From assembly GCA_964576435.1 (NCBI GenBank), contig CAZNUP010000001.1:34345-98344 (forward strand): a DNA stretch of 64,000 nucleotides, written 5' to 3'. Source of the DNA: an uncultured Gammaproteobacteria bacterium (GTDB lineage Bacteria > Patescibacteriota > Microgenomatia > JAMCZE01). Below the pieces are notes generated by a model. The model saw nothing but the letters and a program-made list of their open reading frames with translations, was not told the DNA's origin and ran no database searches. A program made the position numbers and the translations under genes. This document shows positions 15,491 through 25,455 of this stretch, one piece after another (positions within the stretch are counted from its first letter, which is position 1; each line of letters starts with the position of its first letter).

Positions 15491-18400
15491 TTACTGACAG
15501 CTATCGCACTGCAGCCTTTCTTGTGGATCAACCGGGCAGGCTTGTCCAACTTCGTATTTTTTAACCGGCACTGGGATCTCCGCCTGTACAACTTGGGGGG
15601 CAAATTCTTCTTTTTTGACGACAATCTCTTCTTTAATTTCCACTTCTTCAACTATTTTTGGTTCACTAATAATTGGAGTTGGTTCCATAGAAGCTTGACT
15701 AGCAACTCTTCCAAATCCAACCATCCCAAGTTTTTCGCGTTTATTAACTTCCACATTACTCTGCTCTGCAGTATGCCTTGGTTTCATATGAAGATAATAT
15801 GTTGTCTTAAGTCCTTTCTTCCATGCAGTTGTATAGACATCCATAAGATCATCAATCTCCCTTGTCTCAAGATACATATTTCGGGACAAAGACTGATCTA
15901 CCCATTTTTGAGCCCTCGCTGCTATTTCAATAAATGCGTAAGGCGAAGTTGTAAATGCAGATTTGTATCTAGCACGAATATCTTCGGGAATCTCCGCCAT
16001 TTCAGAAATGTCTCCCTGATTTTCCATAATTTTTCCACGAGTCTTCTCCCAAAGTCCTCTTTCTTTAAGGTCATTAACAAGGCCGTGATTAATATCAAGA
16101 TATTTCCCAGAAATCTTATTTCTTGAAAACACCTGGGCGAATCTTGGGTCAATTCCAGGGGTAGTTCCAGCAAGGAGGCCAATATTTGCATTAGGCGCAA
16201 TTGCCATAAGAGTTGCATTTCTCATTCCTGAAATTACCTTCTTTCGAAGCTTGTTCCAGTCCAAACCAAGCTCTTCAGAATGGCTTGTCTTATCAACTGT
16301 TAAACTTTCTCCCCGCGCCTTCTCAAGTCGTGTGATTGTATCGAAAGGCACAAGTCCCCTAGACCACCCAGATCCCGAAAAGTTTTTATACGACCCTCTT
16401 TCTTTTGCAAGATTCGCGCTCTCATCAATTGCAATGTAACTAATAAATTCAAATATTCTGTCTGCTAATTCATAGGCTTGGTCACTATCGTATGGAAATT
16501 TCAAAAGCTCCACCACTTCTGCAAATCCCATGAACCCCATTCCAACTGCTCTATTTTCAATATCAGATTTCACAGCTTCCGGAATTGGAAGAACATTAAT
16601 ATCAATCAAGTTATCCAGATGTCTAACAACCAGTCTCACAGTTTCTTCCAATTTCTTATAATCCATTTCATCTCCATTAAGGTGTCTTGCCAAATTAATT
16701 GATGCTAAATTGCAAACTGCAATATTATCTTTGTCCTGTGGCAAACAAATTTCAGTGCAAAGATTAGACATGTGAATTGTCCCCGTATTGTTATTAAGAG
16801 CTCTCATGTTAATTGCATCTTTCCATGTAAGCCATGGATGCGATGTAGTTTCAAGCATCACAAGAATTTGTCGATACTGTTCTTCAGCGGGAACTTTCTT
16901 AAATGTTCTAAGTTTTCCAGCTTCTGCCATTTCAATATATTCTTTATATCTTTGGTCAAATTCTTCGCCATATAGTTCATTGAGGTCTGGAGTTTCTTTT
17001 GGATCAAACATGTACCAATCCTCTTTATTCTCTACCCGTCTCATAAATTCGTCAGTTATAAAAACCGCAGTATCTGCCGTCCTCATTCGAAGATGATCGT
17101 CCCCCGCATTATGCTTCCACATCAAAAAGTCAGGAAAATCTATATGCCAATTTTCCATATAAAAGCAAAGTGCTCCTTTTTTCTTTCCCCCTCTTTGGAT
17201 TGCCCTAATAGATACATCAATAATCTTGGCAAAAGGAGTTGGGCCAGAAGATGTTGTGTGATTTGAAGAAAGTGGTGACCCGGACGCTCGAAGTTTTGTA
17301 AGTGACGCGCCAATTCCACCAGTTGCTTTAGAAATCTTTATAACATCGGAGACACTTTTCGCAATGTGGTCAATGTCGTCGTGAATCTCAAGTAAGAAAC
17401 AATTAGAAAGAGCTGGATTTTTTGTCCCGGCCCCGATATTTGTAGATCCCCCAGCAATATATTCAAGCTTTGACATTTTATCGTAAAACTTCATTGCAGC
17501 TTCTGTTGGATCTGCTTCGTTATAAGAAAGCCCCATCGCAATCCTCATAAAAAAGTACTGAGGAAGTTCCACTGGTTCCTGTTTCTCATTTTTAATTGCA
17601 TATCTATCAAGAAGTGTTGAAAGTCCCGCATATTGGAAAAGTTCGTCCCGAGATACATCCATTGCCTCAGAAAGTTTAGAGAGATCAAATTTTGAAATCA
17701 TTCTCTCTTCAAGTTGGCCGCCTTTAACGAAATATTCAATATGTTTAGAAAAATTCTCTTTATATTTTCTAGTAAGATCAGATGGCCCCTGATAATCTCC
17801 AAGGACTTTTCTATATGTAAAGGCAAGAAGAAGTCTTGTTGCTGCTTTGTCATAAGTAATATCGTCTTGAACATTTTGCAACGCCGCATTGATAGTTGCC
17901 TTATCTAGTTCATCGGCTCCAATTCCATCATAAATAATAAGTCCCGTTTCATTAGCTATTCGAAGAACCATCTCTGATGATTGTGGAAGTCCAAGACATG
18001 CTGCTTCAATCGATTCATTAACCCGTGCCATAAGTTCAGAGCGTTTACTATCAACTTTTTGAGTTACTAAAACTTCTTCCCCAGCCAGTTCTCGTGCTTT
18101 TTTCCTCTGCTCCCTATATAAGATGTAAGCCTTGGCTGCTTCAAATTCCCCTGCTGCTTGAAGAACCATCTCCACCGTGTCCTGAACATTTTCCACAGTC
18201 GGCTCACTATATTTAACAGAAACAAGATTAACTACCTGTCTAGCAAGACCTGAAATTGGAGTTTTTGGCTCTTTGCCAATTGAAGAGAAGCACTTGACCA
18301 TTGCCCCTTCAATTTTTGCGATATCAAAATCCACTAGTTGTCCATCTCTCTTAACAATGGTTCTTGGCATAACAACTCCAGAGTCTGAAACAAATTCTTG

Positions 18401-18535
18401 AACTTTAAGTTCTAAGGAAGGAGTAGAAGAAGTAGAAGCACTAACTGCACCAAATCCATTTTTAACTGGCCTCCCCCGTCTTACAATTGCTGGAATCGGT
18501 TCATTAATTGGTGTTGTTGGTTGTGCTTGTGCCAT
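15491..18535 (-). CDS. nrdA: Ribonucleotide reductase class I alpha subunit with ATP cone(s)
   Basis: IVKRDG ATP cone, LSNCF, SNLCTEI, VCNLASIN, KTTYY, C-terminal CDSCQ. Confidence 0.96.
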   Translation of the reverse strand: MAQAQPTTPINEPIPAIVRRGRPVKNGFGAVSASTSSTPSLELKVQEFVSDSGVVMPRTIVKRDGQLVDFDIAKIEGAMVKCFSSIGKEPKTPISGLARQVVNLVSVKYSEPTVENVQDTVEMVLQAAGEFEAAKAYILYREQRKKARELAGEEVLVTQKVDSKRSELMARVNESIEAACLGLPQSSEMVLRIANETGLIIYDGIGADELDKATINAALQNVQDDITYDKAATRLLLAFTYRKVLGDYQGPSDLTRKYKENFSKHIEYFVKGGQLEERMISKFDLSKLSEAMDVSRDELFQYAGLSTLLDRYAIKNEKQEPVELPQYFFMRIAMGLSYNEADPTEAAMKFYDKMSKLEYIAGGSTNIGAGTKNPALSNCFLLEIHDDIDHIAKSVSDVIKISKATGGIGASLTKLRASGSPLSSNHTTSSGPTPFAKIIDVSIRAIQRGGKKKGALCFYMENWHIDFPDFLMWKHNAGDDHLRMRTADTAVFITDEFMRRVENKEDWYMFDPKETPDLNELYGEEFDQRYKEYIEMAEAGKLRTFKKVPAEEQYRQILVMLETTSHPWLTWKDAINMRALNNNTGTIHMSNLCTEICLPQDKDNIAVCNLASINLARHLNGDEMDYKKLEETVRLVVRHLDNLIDINVLPIPEAVKSDIENRAVGMGFMGFAEVVELLKFPYDSDQAYELADRIFEFISYIAIDESANLAKERGSYKNFSGSGWSRGLVPFDTITRLEKARGESLTVDKTSHSEELGLDWNKLRKKVISGMRNATLMAIAPNANIGLLAGTTPGIDPRFAQVFSRNKISGKYLDINHGLVNDLKERGLWEKTRGKIMENQGDISEMAEIPEDIRARYKSAFTTSPYAFIEIAARAQKWVDQSLSRNMYLETREIDDLMDVYTTAWKKGLKTTYYLHMKPRHTAEQSNVEVNKREKLGMVGFGRVASQASMEPTPIISEPKIVEEVEIKEEIVVKKEEFAPQVVQAEIPVPVKKYEVGQACPVDPQERLQCDSCQ

Positions 18536-18539
18536 ATTT

Positions 18540-18980
18540 TTAATTTAGTTTCTCAATAATCTTTTCAAAATCCTTAAGATCGTCAAAATCTAAATAAACA
18601 CTCGCAAATCTAATGTAAGCCACTTTGTCCAGTCTCTTAAATTTTCTAAGAACTATGTTTCCAATTGTCTTAGAACTAATCTCAGTCGTATCTTTACTCC
18701 TAAGTTCCTGTTCAATTTCCCCTAATATTTCATCAATTGTCTCAATTGATATTGGTCTCTTTTCAGTTGATTTAATCAGTCCTCTTCTTAGTTTTTCCCT
18801 ATCAAATTTTTCTCTTCTCCCGTCTTTTTTTATAACAATCAAGTCGATATTCTCAACTCTTTCATATGTAGTAAACCTCTTACCACATTCCTTGCAACCC
18901 CTTCGTCTCCTTGTTGCCCCTTCCGTATCCCTCGTTTCAACTACATCTGTTTCGCTGGTTCCGCAATATGGACACTTCAT
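18540..18980 (-). CDS. nrdR: Transcriptional repressor NrdR
   Basis: MKCPYCG...RRRRGCKECGKRFTTYER, ATP cone, DKVAYIRFASVY. Confidence 0.98.
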   Translation of the reverse strand: MKCPYCGTSETDVVETRDTEGATRRRRGCKECGKRFTTYERVENIDLIVIKKDGRREKFDREKLRRGLIKSTEKRPISIETIDEILGEIEQELRSKDTTEISSKTIGNIVLRKFKRLDKVAYIRFASVYLDFDDLKDFEKIIEKLN

Positions 18981-18987
18981 TTAAAAT

Positions 18988-19040
18988 GCCACATATTTAG
19001 TGGCACGAATAACAGTAGGGCACCAAATGTGGCAAGTCAA
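18988..19040 (-). promoter_or_regulatory. nrdRAB promoter with tandem NrdR boxes
   Basis: TTGACT-17-TACTGT; box gcaCcAaATgTgGcaa (19020-19035) and a weaker box 32 bp away (18988-19003). Confidence 0.65.
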
Positions 19041-19107
19041 CTATTCTAAAATATATCGGAGGGGGTCAAAATTATTTTTCAGCTCAAAAGAAAATCCCAC
19101 TCAAAAA

Positions 19108-19647
19108 CTAATTTGCAGTGGTTAATTGAAGTACTCGACTTCTCGACTTTTCATTAAGTGCTATGGCTTTATTCACATTCATAAGGGCTTCTCCACTAAC
19201 TTGCGACGAAACATTTTCCAAAACCTCTGCATGTTTTGATGAAGACACTAAAAGTTTTGCCCCAAGTTCTGAAACAGGGAGTCCTTCTTTCTTGGCGAAA
19301 AGTGCTTGGTCCACAGCACTCGAAAAGTAATCTTCGCTGATAAGAAGTGTTGTGGACCCCAGACTATCATTGTCGTTCTCAATTAACATCTGACCAGCCC
19401 AAAGCCTTTTGTCAGACAAAAACAAATCGTAAAATGATTTGTTAATTGGACCCAAGACTAAAAGTCCTACTGCCTGATCTCGAAGATTTTTAATAATGTA
19501 AATCGGTGAATCAGGTAAAGTCCCAGGGTATGGTAATTTATAGTTCACGCTATCCACCTGGGCCACTTCTTCACTGGCAAACGCACTTCTAGAAAGAACT
19601 GCCCCGGCAAAGACAAGAAGTAAAACTAAGATTAAAACTTTTTTCAC
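19108..19647 (-). CDS. Secreted DUF5667-like protein
   Basis: Signal peptide; YKLPYPGTLPDSPIYIIKNLRD...DKRL. Confidence 0.75.
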   Translation of the reverse strand: MKKVLILVLLLVFAGAVLSRSAFASEEVAQVDSVNYKLPYPGTLPDSPIYIIKNLRDQAVGLLVLGPINKSFYDLFLSDKRLWAGQMLIENDNDSLGSTTLLISEDYFSSAVDQALFAKKEGLPVSELGAKLLVSSSKHAEVLENVSSQVSGEALMNVNKAIALNEKSRSRVLQLTTAN

Positions 19648-19725
19648 TACATTTAGTGTGAAACAATTAAGCTAATTTTTCAAGTGGTCCATTGACACGA
19701 AACTTTTCATTGTTAAAATAGTTTT

Positions 19726-19971
19726 ATGAACGGTATTCCCATTTTAGATTCAATCCCAGTCAATTGGTTCATCCTCGGTGTTTCTATTCTCGCCGGCGTC
19801 ATACTCTTCTTAATTCTCACTCAAATCCCAGATGACGAAGAAGAAAACAAGAAAGAAATGAAAGATACTTCAAATACCGAACCAGAAGTCATGATTGAGG
19901 AAGAAGAAGCAGTTGTAGTTGAAGAACAGAAACCAAGATCAAAACCCAAGAAAAAATCTTCTAAGAAATAA
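19726..19971 (+). CDS. Small single-TM protein with acidic/basic tail
   Basis: TM helix then E-rich and K-rich tail; TTGACA/TAAAAT promoter upstream. Confidence 0.65.
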   Translation: MNGIPILDSIPVNWFILGVSILAGVILFLILTQIPDDEEENKKEMKDTSNTEPEVMIEEEEAVVVEEQKPRSKPKKKSSKK

Positions 19972-19984
19972 CCTTAAATATCTA

Positions 19985-20740
19985 TTAATAGTAAGGCCCA
20001 CTCTCGTACTGACTCTCTTGTTTAACTGTAGCACACGTTTGTATAGTTCCAATACAGGACTGTCCCACTGAGCAATCATTATTAGTTACACAACCTTTAG
20101 CACAGTAAATCTTATCAGAAAGTTTATAGCAAGCCTGCATGTTCCATTTTTGCTTTGACGAAAAATTAATTTTATAAATCTGAGACGCTCCTGGATACTC
20201 ACAATTTATATAAATAACACCATTCGTATCTGAGTATGTGACTTGGCTACAATATTCTTTAATAAATCTAATGGGGTACCTCTCTACTCCAGATATTTTT
20301 CCACTTTTTAAATTAAAAAAGCCAATATAGGTAGAATTAGGATCTTTGATATATCTCCAAGCAATTAACTTATCGTTAGATTTGCCATATGGGCAAAATG
20401 CCACCAAACTTTCCTCAGGCTTTAAAGCTTTCTGTGCTTCTTCCTCACCTATAAATTTTCCCAAACCTCTTCCATTCTGACAAAGCCCACCAAGAGATTT
20501 TGTAAAATCTTCATAATTTCCCTGACTAAAGTCACCACCAATAGAATTTATTCCTGATAAGCCTTGTACTTTCTCTTGTGCGTTTTTTAAAGATTCCCTA
20601 AGAAGTTTTTCCTGTTCAAGATGTTGATTAATTTCAACATCCTTGACATTGTTAAGACCAATCTGTCTGCGATAATTGCTATACCCAAAAAAACCGAGGG
20701 TAATGGCTGCAACAATTATTAATATTAGAGCGATTTTCAT
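19985..20740 (-). CDS. Membrane-anchored Cys-rich hypothetical protein
   Basis: N-terminal TM; C-terminal CAKGCVTNNDCSVGQSC; ATGA overlap with gap. Confidence 0.7.
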   Translation of the reverse strand: MKIALILIIVAAITLGFFGYSNYRRQIGLNNVKDVEINQHLEQEKLLRESLKNAQEKVQGLSGINSIGGDFSQGNYEDFTKSLGGLCQNGRGLGKFIGEEEAQKALKPEESLVAFCPYGKSNDKLIAWRYIKDPNSTYIGFFNLKSGKISGVERYPIRFIKEYCSQVTYSDTNGVIYINCEYPGASQIYKINFSSKQKWNMQACYKLSDKIYCAKGCVTNNDCSVGQSCIGTIQTCATVKQESQYESGPYY

Positions 20741-21837
20741 TTCCCTCCAACCATAACCACTTCTTCAACAAGTCTATTAGAATATCCCCACTCGTTGTCA
20801 TACCAAGCAAATACTTTAACAAGATCTCCTGTTTTAGAATCAGGTGTGTTCCCAACAACTTGGGTAAGTCCAAGATCAACAATAGACGAATGAGGATTGC
20901 CGATAATATCAGACGAGACCAAAGGCTCCTCACTCACTTCCAAGATGTGTCGGTAATGCTCAGAAATCGCTGCTTCTTTAAATGCAGCATTTACCTCTTC
21001 AACACTCACCTCTTTTTTAAGGTGGAATGTAAAATCAGAAATTGACCCAACAATAACAGGCACTCGAAGTGACATTCCTGTAAAAAGTCCTTTAAGTTCC
21101 GGAACTGCTTCAGCAGCCGCAATTGACGATCCTGTTGAAGTAGGAACTATATTCATACCTGCTGCTCTAGCTCTTCTGGGATCTTTATGTCCTCCATCTT
21201 GGAGTTCCTGGTCGGAAGTATAGGCATGCATGGTCGTCATCATCGCCTTATTCACTCCAAAGTTATTAACCATGATTTGCGCAACAGGAGCAATACAATT
21301 CGTCGTACACGATGCATTAGAAATTATCTGATCGCTAGGCATGACAGTCTCACCAGAAAATGTTTTATTAGAATCAGAAAGATTTACATCTAAGACATAA
21401 GTTTTAACCGTGTTGTCCTTAGCAGGAGCCGATAGAACTACTTTTTTAGCTCCCGCTTGAAGATGTGGCATAATTTTTTCTTGAGTTGTAAATGCTCCTG
21501 TGCATTCAATAACCACATCTACTTCGTGTTTCTTCCAAGGAAGCATTGCTGGATTTTTTTCAGCATAATAGGGAATCTTTTTGTCATCCACTATGATGTA
21601 CCCAAGCATCTGTGGTACTTGATCTTTCCCGCCTTCAAATTTTTCAGAAGATACTTCGTGTCCTTGCAAAAGTCGGTACGCCGTATCATGTTTCAAAAGA
21701 TTTGCCCACCCAGCCACATCCGTTGTTGCTCCACCATTAATGGCAACCACTTCCACTTGGTCGTTAAATCTTTCCAAGATAACACGGTGAGATACTCTCC
21801 CAATCCGCCCGTATCCATTGATTGCTACTCTAATCAT
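20737..21837 (-). CDS. gap: Type I glyceraldehyde-3-phosphate dehydrogenase
   Basis: INGYGRIGR, SNASCTTNC, WYDNEWGYS. Confidence 0.98.
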   Translation of the reverse strand: MIRVAINGYGRIGRVSHRVILERFNDQVEVVAINGGATTDVAGWANLLKHDTAYRLLQGHEVSSEKFEGGKDQVPQMLGYIIVDDKKIPYYAEKNPAMLPWKKHEVDVVIECTGAFTTQEKIMPHLQAGAKKVVLSAPAKDNTVKTYVLDVNLSDSNKTFSGETVMPSDQIISNASCTTNCIAPVAQIMVNNFGVNKAMMTTMHAYTSDQELQDGGHKDPRRARAAGMNIVPTSTGSSIAAAEAVPELKGLFTGMSLRVPVIVGSISDFTFHLKKEVSVEEVNAAFKEAAISEHYRHILEVSEEPLVSSDIIGNPHSSIVDLGLTQVVGNTPDSKTGDLVKVFAWYDNEWGYSNRLVEEVVMVGGK

Positions 21838-22871
21838 ATAATTAGCACTTCAACTCCTGGCAACTTTTCTCCAGCCAAAAATTTAAGCATCGATCCTCCT
21901 CCAGAACACACCCAATCAAATTTATCTAAAATTCCAAGTTTTGAAAGTATTGCGATTGTGTCTCCTCCCCCAACTATTTTATAAGCCGGTGAAGAAGCTA
22001 AAAGTTCCGCAATTCTCCTTGTTCCAACTTGATATGTATATTCTTCAACTTGACCGACTGGTCCATTCCAAACAATTGTTCCAACATCCGATGACTTAAT
22101 GCGCTCAATGAGCACTTTATCAATCGATTCCAGTGTAGTATCTTTCGTGTTCTCCGTCAATCTCAACACTTTAACTTTTTCCATCCCCATAATTGGACTC
22201 CCCACTTTAATTTCTGAAACAAGTTTTCCTCCAACAACTACCGAATCAGCTATTTCTGCCATTTTTGAAATCAAAGGAATCTTAGTCTCAAGCTTTGCTC
22301 CTCCAATAATTACTGTCAATGGTCTTTGGGGGTCTTCTAAAAGTTTAGATAGCACCTCAATTTCTTTAGCTAGTCTAAATCCAGCGAAGTGTGATAGAAG
22401 TGTTGGCACTAAAACAACAGAGGCGTGTTCCCGCTCATCTGCTGCAAACGCCTCATTAACATAAATTTCACCAAGTTCTGCAAGTTCTTTAGCGAATTCC
22501 AAATCATTTGCTTCTTCTCCTGGATAAAACCTCAAGTTCTCAAGAACCGTCAAATCATCGGAGATTTTAAATCCATCAATCTCACCGAAATTTATCTCAG
22601 AAACACTTCCATTAATATAATCCGCCATCCAACTAGCAATTGGTTTTGAGGACAGTTCTGGAACTACTTTTCCTTCAGGTCTGCCAAGGTGTCCTGCTAA
22701 AACAACTGTACATTTTTGCTCTAAAAGAAACTCAATCGTGGGCCAAATATCACGAAGTCTAGTATCATCCGTAATTTTTCCACGATCTAAAGGAACATCA
22801 ATGTCCCCCCTAACAAATACTTTTTTACCACCAATATCACTTGCTTTATCAATAATAGGCAGATTAATCAC
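21834..22871 (-). CDS. pgk: Phosphoglycerate kinase (short form)
   Basis: RGDIDVP, HLGRP, LENLRF, GGAK, WNGPVG, GGGDT, SGGGS. Confidence 0.96.
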   Translation of the reverse strand: MINLPIIDKASDIGGKKVFVRGDIDVPLDRGKITDDTRLRDIWPTIEFLLEQKCTVVLAGHLGRPEGKVVPELSSKPIASWMADYINGSVSEINFGEIDGFKISDDLTVLENLRFYPGEEANDLEFAKELAELGEIYVNEAFAADEREHASVVLVPTLLSHFAGFRLAKEIEVLSKLLEDPQRPLTVIIGGAKLETKIPLISKMAEIADSVVVGGKLVSEIKVGSPIMGMEKVKVLRLTENTKDTTLESIDKVLIERIKSSDVGTIVWNGPVGQVEEYTYQVGTRRIAELLASSPAYKIVGGGDTIAILSKLGILDKFDWVCSGGGSMLKFLAGEKLPGVEVLII

Positions 22872-22908
22872 ACTAATAAGTCTAGCATCTAGGAGTATAA
22901 TTTAAAGT

Positions 22909-23955
22909 ATGACAATAACAAACCTAACTGGAAGCAAGCACCTCTCGTCGCTAGGCAATGACACAATTAAGGCTGAAATCACCCTAAACAATAATTTAAC
23001 AGCCAGTGTCACTACTCCAGCTGGCATTTCAGCAGGCAAATATGAAGCAGGGACGGTCTCGACTGTCAACGCACTATCTGAGCTAGAAAACATCAAAAAC
23101 GATCTCATTGGTAAAGATTGGACTCAAGAAACTCTAGATAGTTTTCTAACTTCCAAAAATCTTGGCGGCAACACCACAATTGCCATTTCTGCTGCTTTTT
23201 GGAAAGCAGACATGATCAAGGGTAAAAAGTGTGTTTATCATCCTGCCCCTAAGATTCTTCTCCTTCTTTTTGAAGGCGCCAAACACGGCAACGCGAATTT
23301 AACAATTCAAGAATTTATGCTAATTGAGGACACTTTAGAATCTGCCATTACCGACTTTAAAAAAATGCGCACTTATCTAACCTCGCAAGGCATTGAAACC
23401 ACAGTAGGAGCTGAAGGCGGATTTTCTCCCATAAATTTCACCAACCTTCTAGTTTTTGAGGTTATGAAAGCAGTCTTTCCGGATAAACAGTTTGCATTAG
23501 ATGCCGCCGGCTCTTTTAAAAGCGGCGAACAGAATTTAGAAAAAATAATTTCAGAATTTAACTTTGGCTATGTAGAAGACCCATTTACCGACGAAGAATG
23601 GGACAAGTGGGTTAATATAACAAAAATCTATGGCAACAAAATGTTAATTGTAGGAGACGACCTAACAACTACCAACTCGAATAGAATCCAAAAGGCCATT
23701 TCCGAAAAAGCAATTAATGCTGTAATAATTAAACCTAACCAAAACGGCACAATTACTGGGACTAAAGAAGCGGTGGAAGTAGCAAAAAAGGGCAATCTAA
23801 AGATTATTGTTTCCCACCGCGGCGAAGAGACTGACGACTCATGGATTGTCGATTTCGCCCTTTGCGAAGGAGCAGACTTTGTAAAATTTGGAGGCATGGA
23901 CAGAGGAGAACGAGTCGCAAAATACAACCGACTCTTAGAATTAGGCACAAAATGA
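22909..23955 (+). CDS. eno: Enolase (short, divergent)
   Basis: QEFM, GAEGG, VEDPF, VGDDL, IKPNQ, SHRGEET, RGERVAKYNRLL. Confidence 0.88.
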   Translation: MTITNLTGSKHLSSLGNDTIKAEITLNNNLTASVTTPAGISAGKYEAGTVSTVNALSELENIKNDLIGKDWTQETLDSFLTSKNLGGNTTIAISAAFWKADMIKGKKCVYHPAPKILLLLFEGAKHGNANLTIQEFMLIEDTLESAITDFKKMRTYLTSQGIETTVGAEGGFSPINFTNLLVFEVMKAVFPDKQFALDAAGSFKSGEQNLEKIISEFNFGYVEDPFTDEEWDKWVNITKIYGNKMLIVGDDLTTTNSNRIQKAISEKAINAVIIKPNQNGTITGTKEAVEVAKKGNLKIIVSHRGEETDDSWIVDFALCEGADFVKFGGMDRGERVAKYNRLLELGTK

Positions 23956-24569
23956 GTAAACTATTTCTTGTTCGGCACGGCAGCACCAATTGGAACATTA
24001 AAGGTCAATGGCAAGGCCAGACAGATATCCCACTTAGTGAAGAGGGAGAAAAACAACTAGACATTACTGACGACATTTTAAAAAACGAAAAAATTGACAT
24101 CGCTTACACCGGCACCCTTTCCCGTCTCAAACAATCTGAAGAATTTATCGCTAAAGACCTCAAACTAAAAATTCCAGTTTATGAAGATTCCGCCTTAAAT
24201 GAAAGAGACTACGGATTATATGTCGGCCGGAACAAATGGGATTTTGATAAAGAATTTGGCGACGAATTTTTTGAAAGAGTGAGAAGGGGTTGGGATACCA
24301 AAATCCCCGAAGGTGAAACCCTAGAAGATGTCTACCATCGTGTCGTGCCTTTTTATCAGAAAGTAATTAAGCCAGAACTCCAGAAAAACAAAAACGTTCT
24401 AATCGTCTCATCAGGTAACACCCTAAGAGCTCTAATAAAATACCTAGAAAACTTGTCCGTTGAGGAAGTAGAAAAGCTTGAATTAGGTTTTGCTGAAATA
24501 AGAATCTACGAAGTAAACGCCTCTACTTCGCCACATTTGGTGGAATCTTCCCAGAAAGTGCAGCTATAA
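23952..24569 (+). CDS. gpmA: 2,3-bisphosphoglycerate-dependent phosphoglycerate mutase / histidine phosphatase
   Basis: LVRHG, LNERDYG, GETLED, SGNTLRAL; true start ATG 23952 overlaps the eno stop. Confidence 0.82.
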   Translation: MSKLFLVRHGSTNWNIKGQWQGQTDIPLSEEGEKQLDITDDILKNEKIDIAYTGTLSRLKQSEEFIAKDLKLKIPVYEDSALNERDYGLYVGRNKWDFDKEFGDEFFERVRRGWDTKIPEGETLEDVYHRVVPFYQKVIKPELQKNKNVLIVSSGNTLRALIKYLENLSVEEVEKLELGFAEIRIYEVNASTSPHLVESSQKVQL

Positions 24570-25455
24570 TGTTTTCTGCAGCCATTCTTGACATCTCATT
24601 TCTTGCCTCCATAGTAGCTGAAGCTATGTGAGGGGTAAGAACTACATTTTGCATTCCATAAAGCATCATTTCCGATTCCGAAATTTTTTCTGTCTCATCT
24701 TCATAAACATCCAGTCCCGCACCTGCAATTTGACCATCATTAATTGCTTTACAAAGTGCCATTTCATCGACCACTGCCCCTCTCGATGTGTTAATTAAAA
24801 CTGCGCTTTTCTTCATCGCTGCAAATTGCGGTGCAGAAATCATATGTTTTGTTTCAGATGTCAAAGGAACATGAAGAGACAAAAAATCCACCTCAGATAA
24901 CATTTTTACCAAGTCATCAAAAAAAACATAATTACCAAGCACCTCCGGTTTTTTATGAGCATGATAAAAAACTTTCATCTGGAAACCTTGCTGTGCCATT
25001 CTAGCGACCGCTTGGCCAATTCTTCCCATCCCAATAATTCCAAGTGTTTTCCCTGAAATCTCACTACCCAAAAAAATGTCTGGCTCCCACTGAACATATT
25101 TACCAGACCGAACATAACTATCCGCCGAGATCAAATGTCTAGAAACAGACAACATCAAAAGTATTGCGTGTTCTGCTACTGCCGTTTCAAATCCACCAGG
25201 AGTATTAGTAACAAAAATATTTCTCTGCTTTGCAGCTTCTAAATCAATATTGTCAAACCCAACCGCATAATTAGCAATAATTTTAAGCTGCTTCCCTGCT
25301 TTGTCCATAAAAGAAGCGTCTATCTTATTTGTCAAAAGCGACAAAACGGCGTCAGATCCAGAGATATTTTCTTCCCCCATTACCACCTCATAACCTGCCT
25401 GCTGTAACAAATCAACTGCAGGTCCCGGAATTTTACGAAGCACACAAACTTTCAT
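24523..25455 (-). CDS. D-2-hydroxyacid dehydrogenase (glyoxylate/hydroxypyruvate reductase family)
   Basis: AVGFDNID, NTPG, GIIGMGRIG, INTSRG, LTPHIAS. Confidence 0.92.
   Translation of the reverse strand: MKVCVLRKIPGPAVDLLQQAGYEVVMGEENISGSDAVLSLLTNKIDASFMDKAGKQLKIIANYAVGFDNIDLEAAKQRNIFVTNTPGGFETAVAEHAILLMLSVSRHLISADSYVRSGKYVQWEPDIFLGSEISGKTLGIIGMGRIGQAVARMAQQGFQMKVFYHAHKKPEVLGNYVFFDDLVKMLSEVDFLSLHVPLTSETKHMISAPQFAAMKKSAVLINTSRGAVVDEMALCKAINDGQIAGAGLDVYEDETEKISESEMMLYGMQNVVLTPHIASATMEARNEMSRMAAENIIAALSGKIPPNVAK

Noticed and set aside
15491-18535. Intein or intron in the long nrdA
   Set aside because: The extra length is explained by ATP cones and terminal low-complexity tails; no C...HN-C/S/T intein pattern or frame break
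23841-23951. N-terminal extension of the phosphoglycerate mutase
   Set aside because: Overlaps the enolase C-terminus; the real start is ATG 23952 in an ATGA coupling
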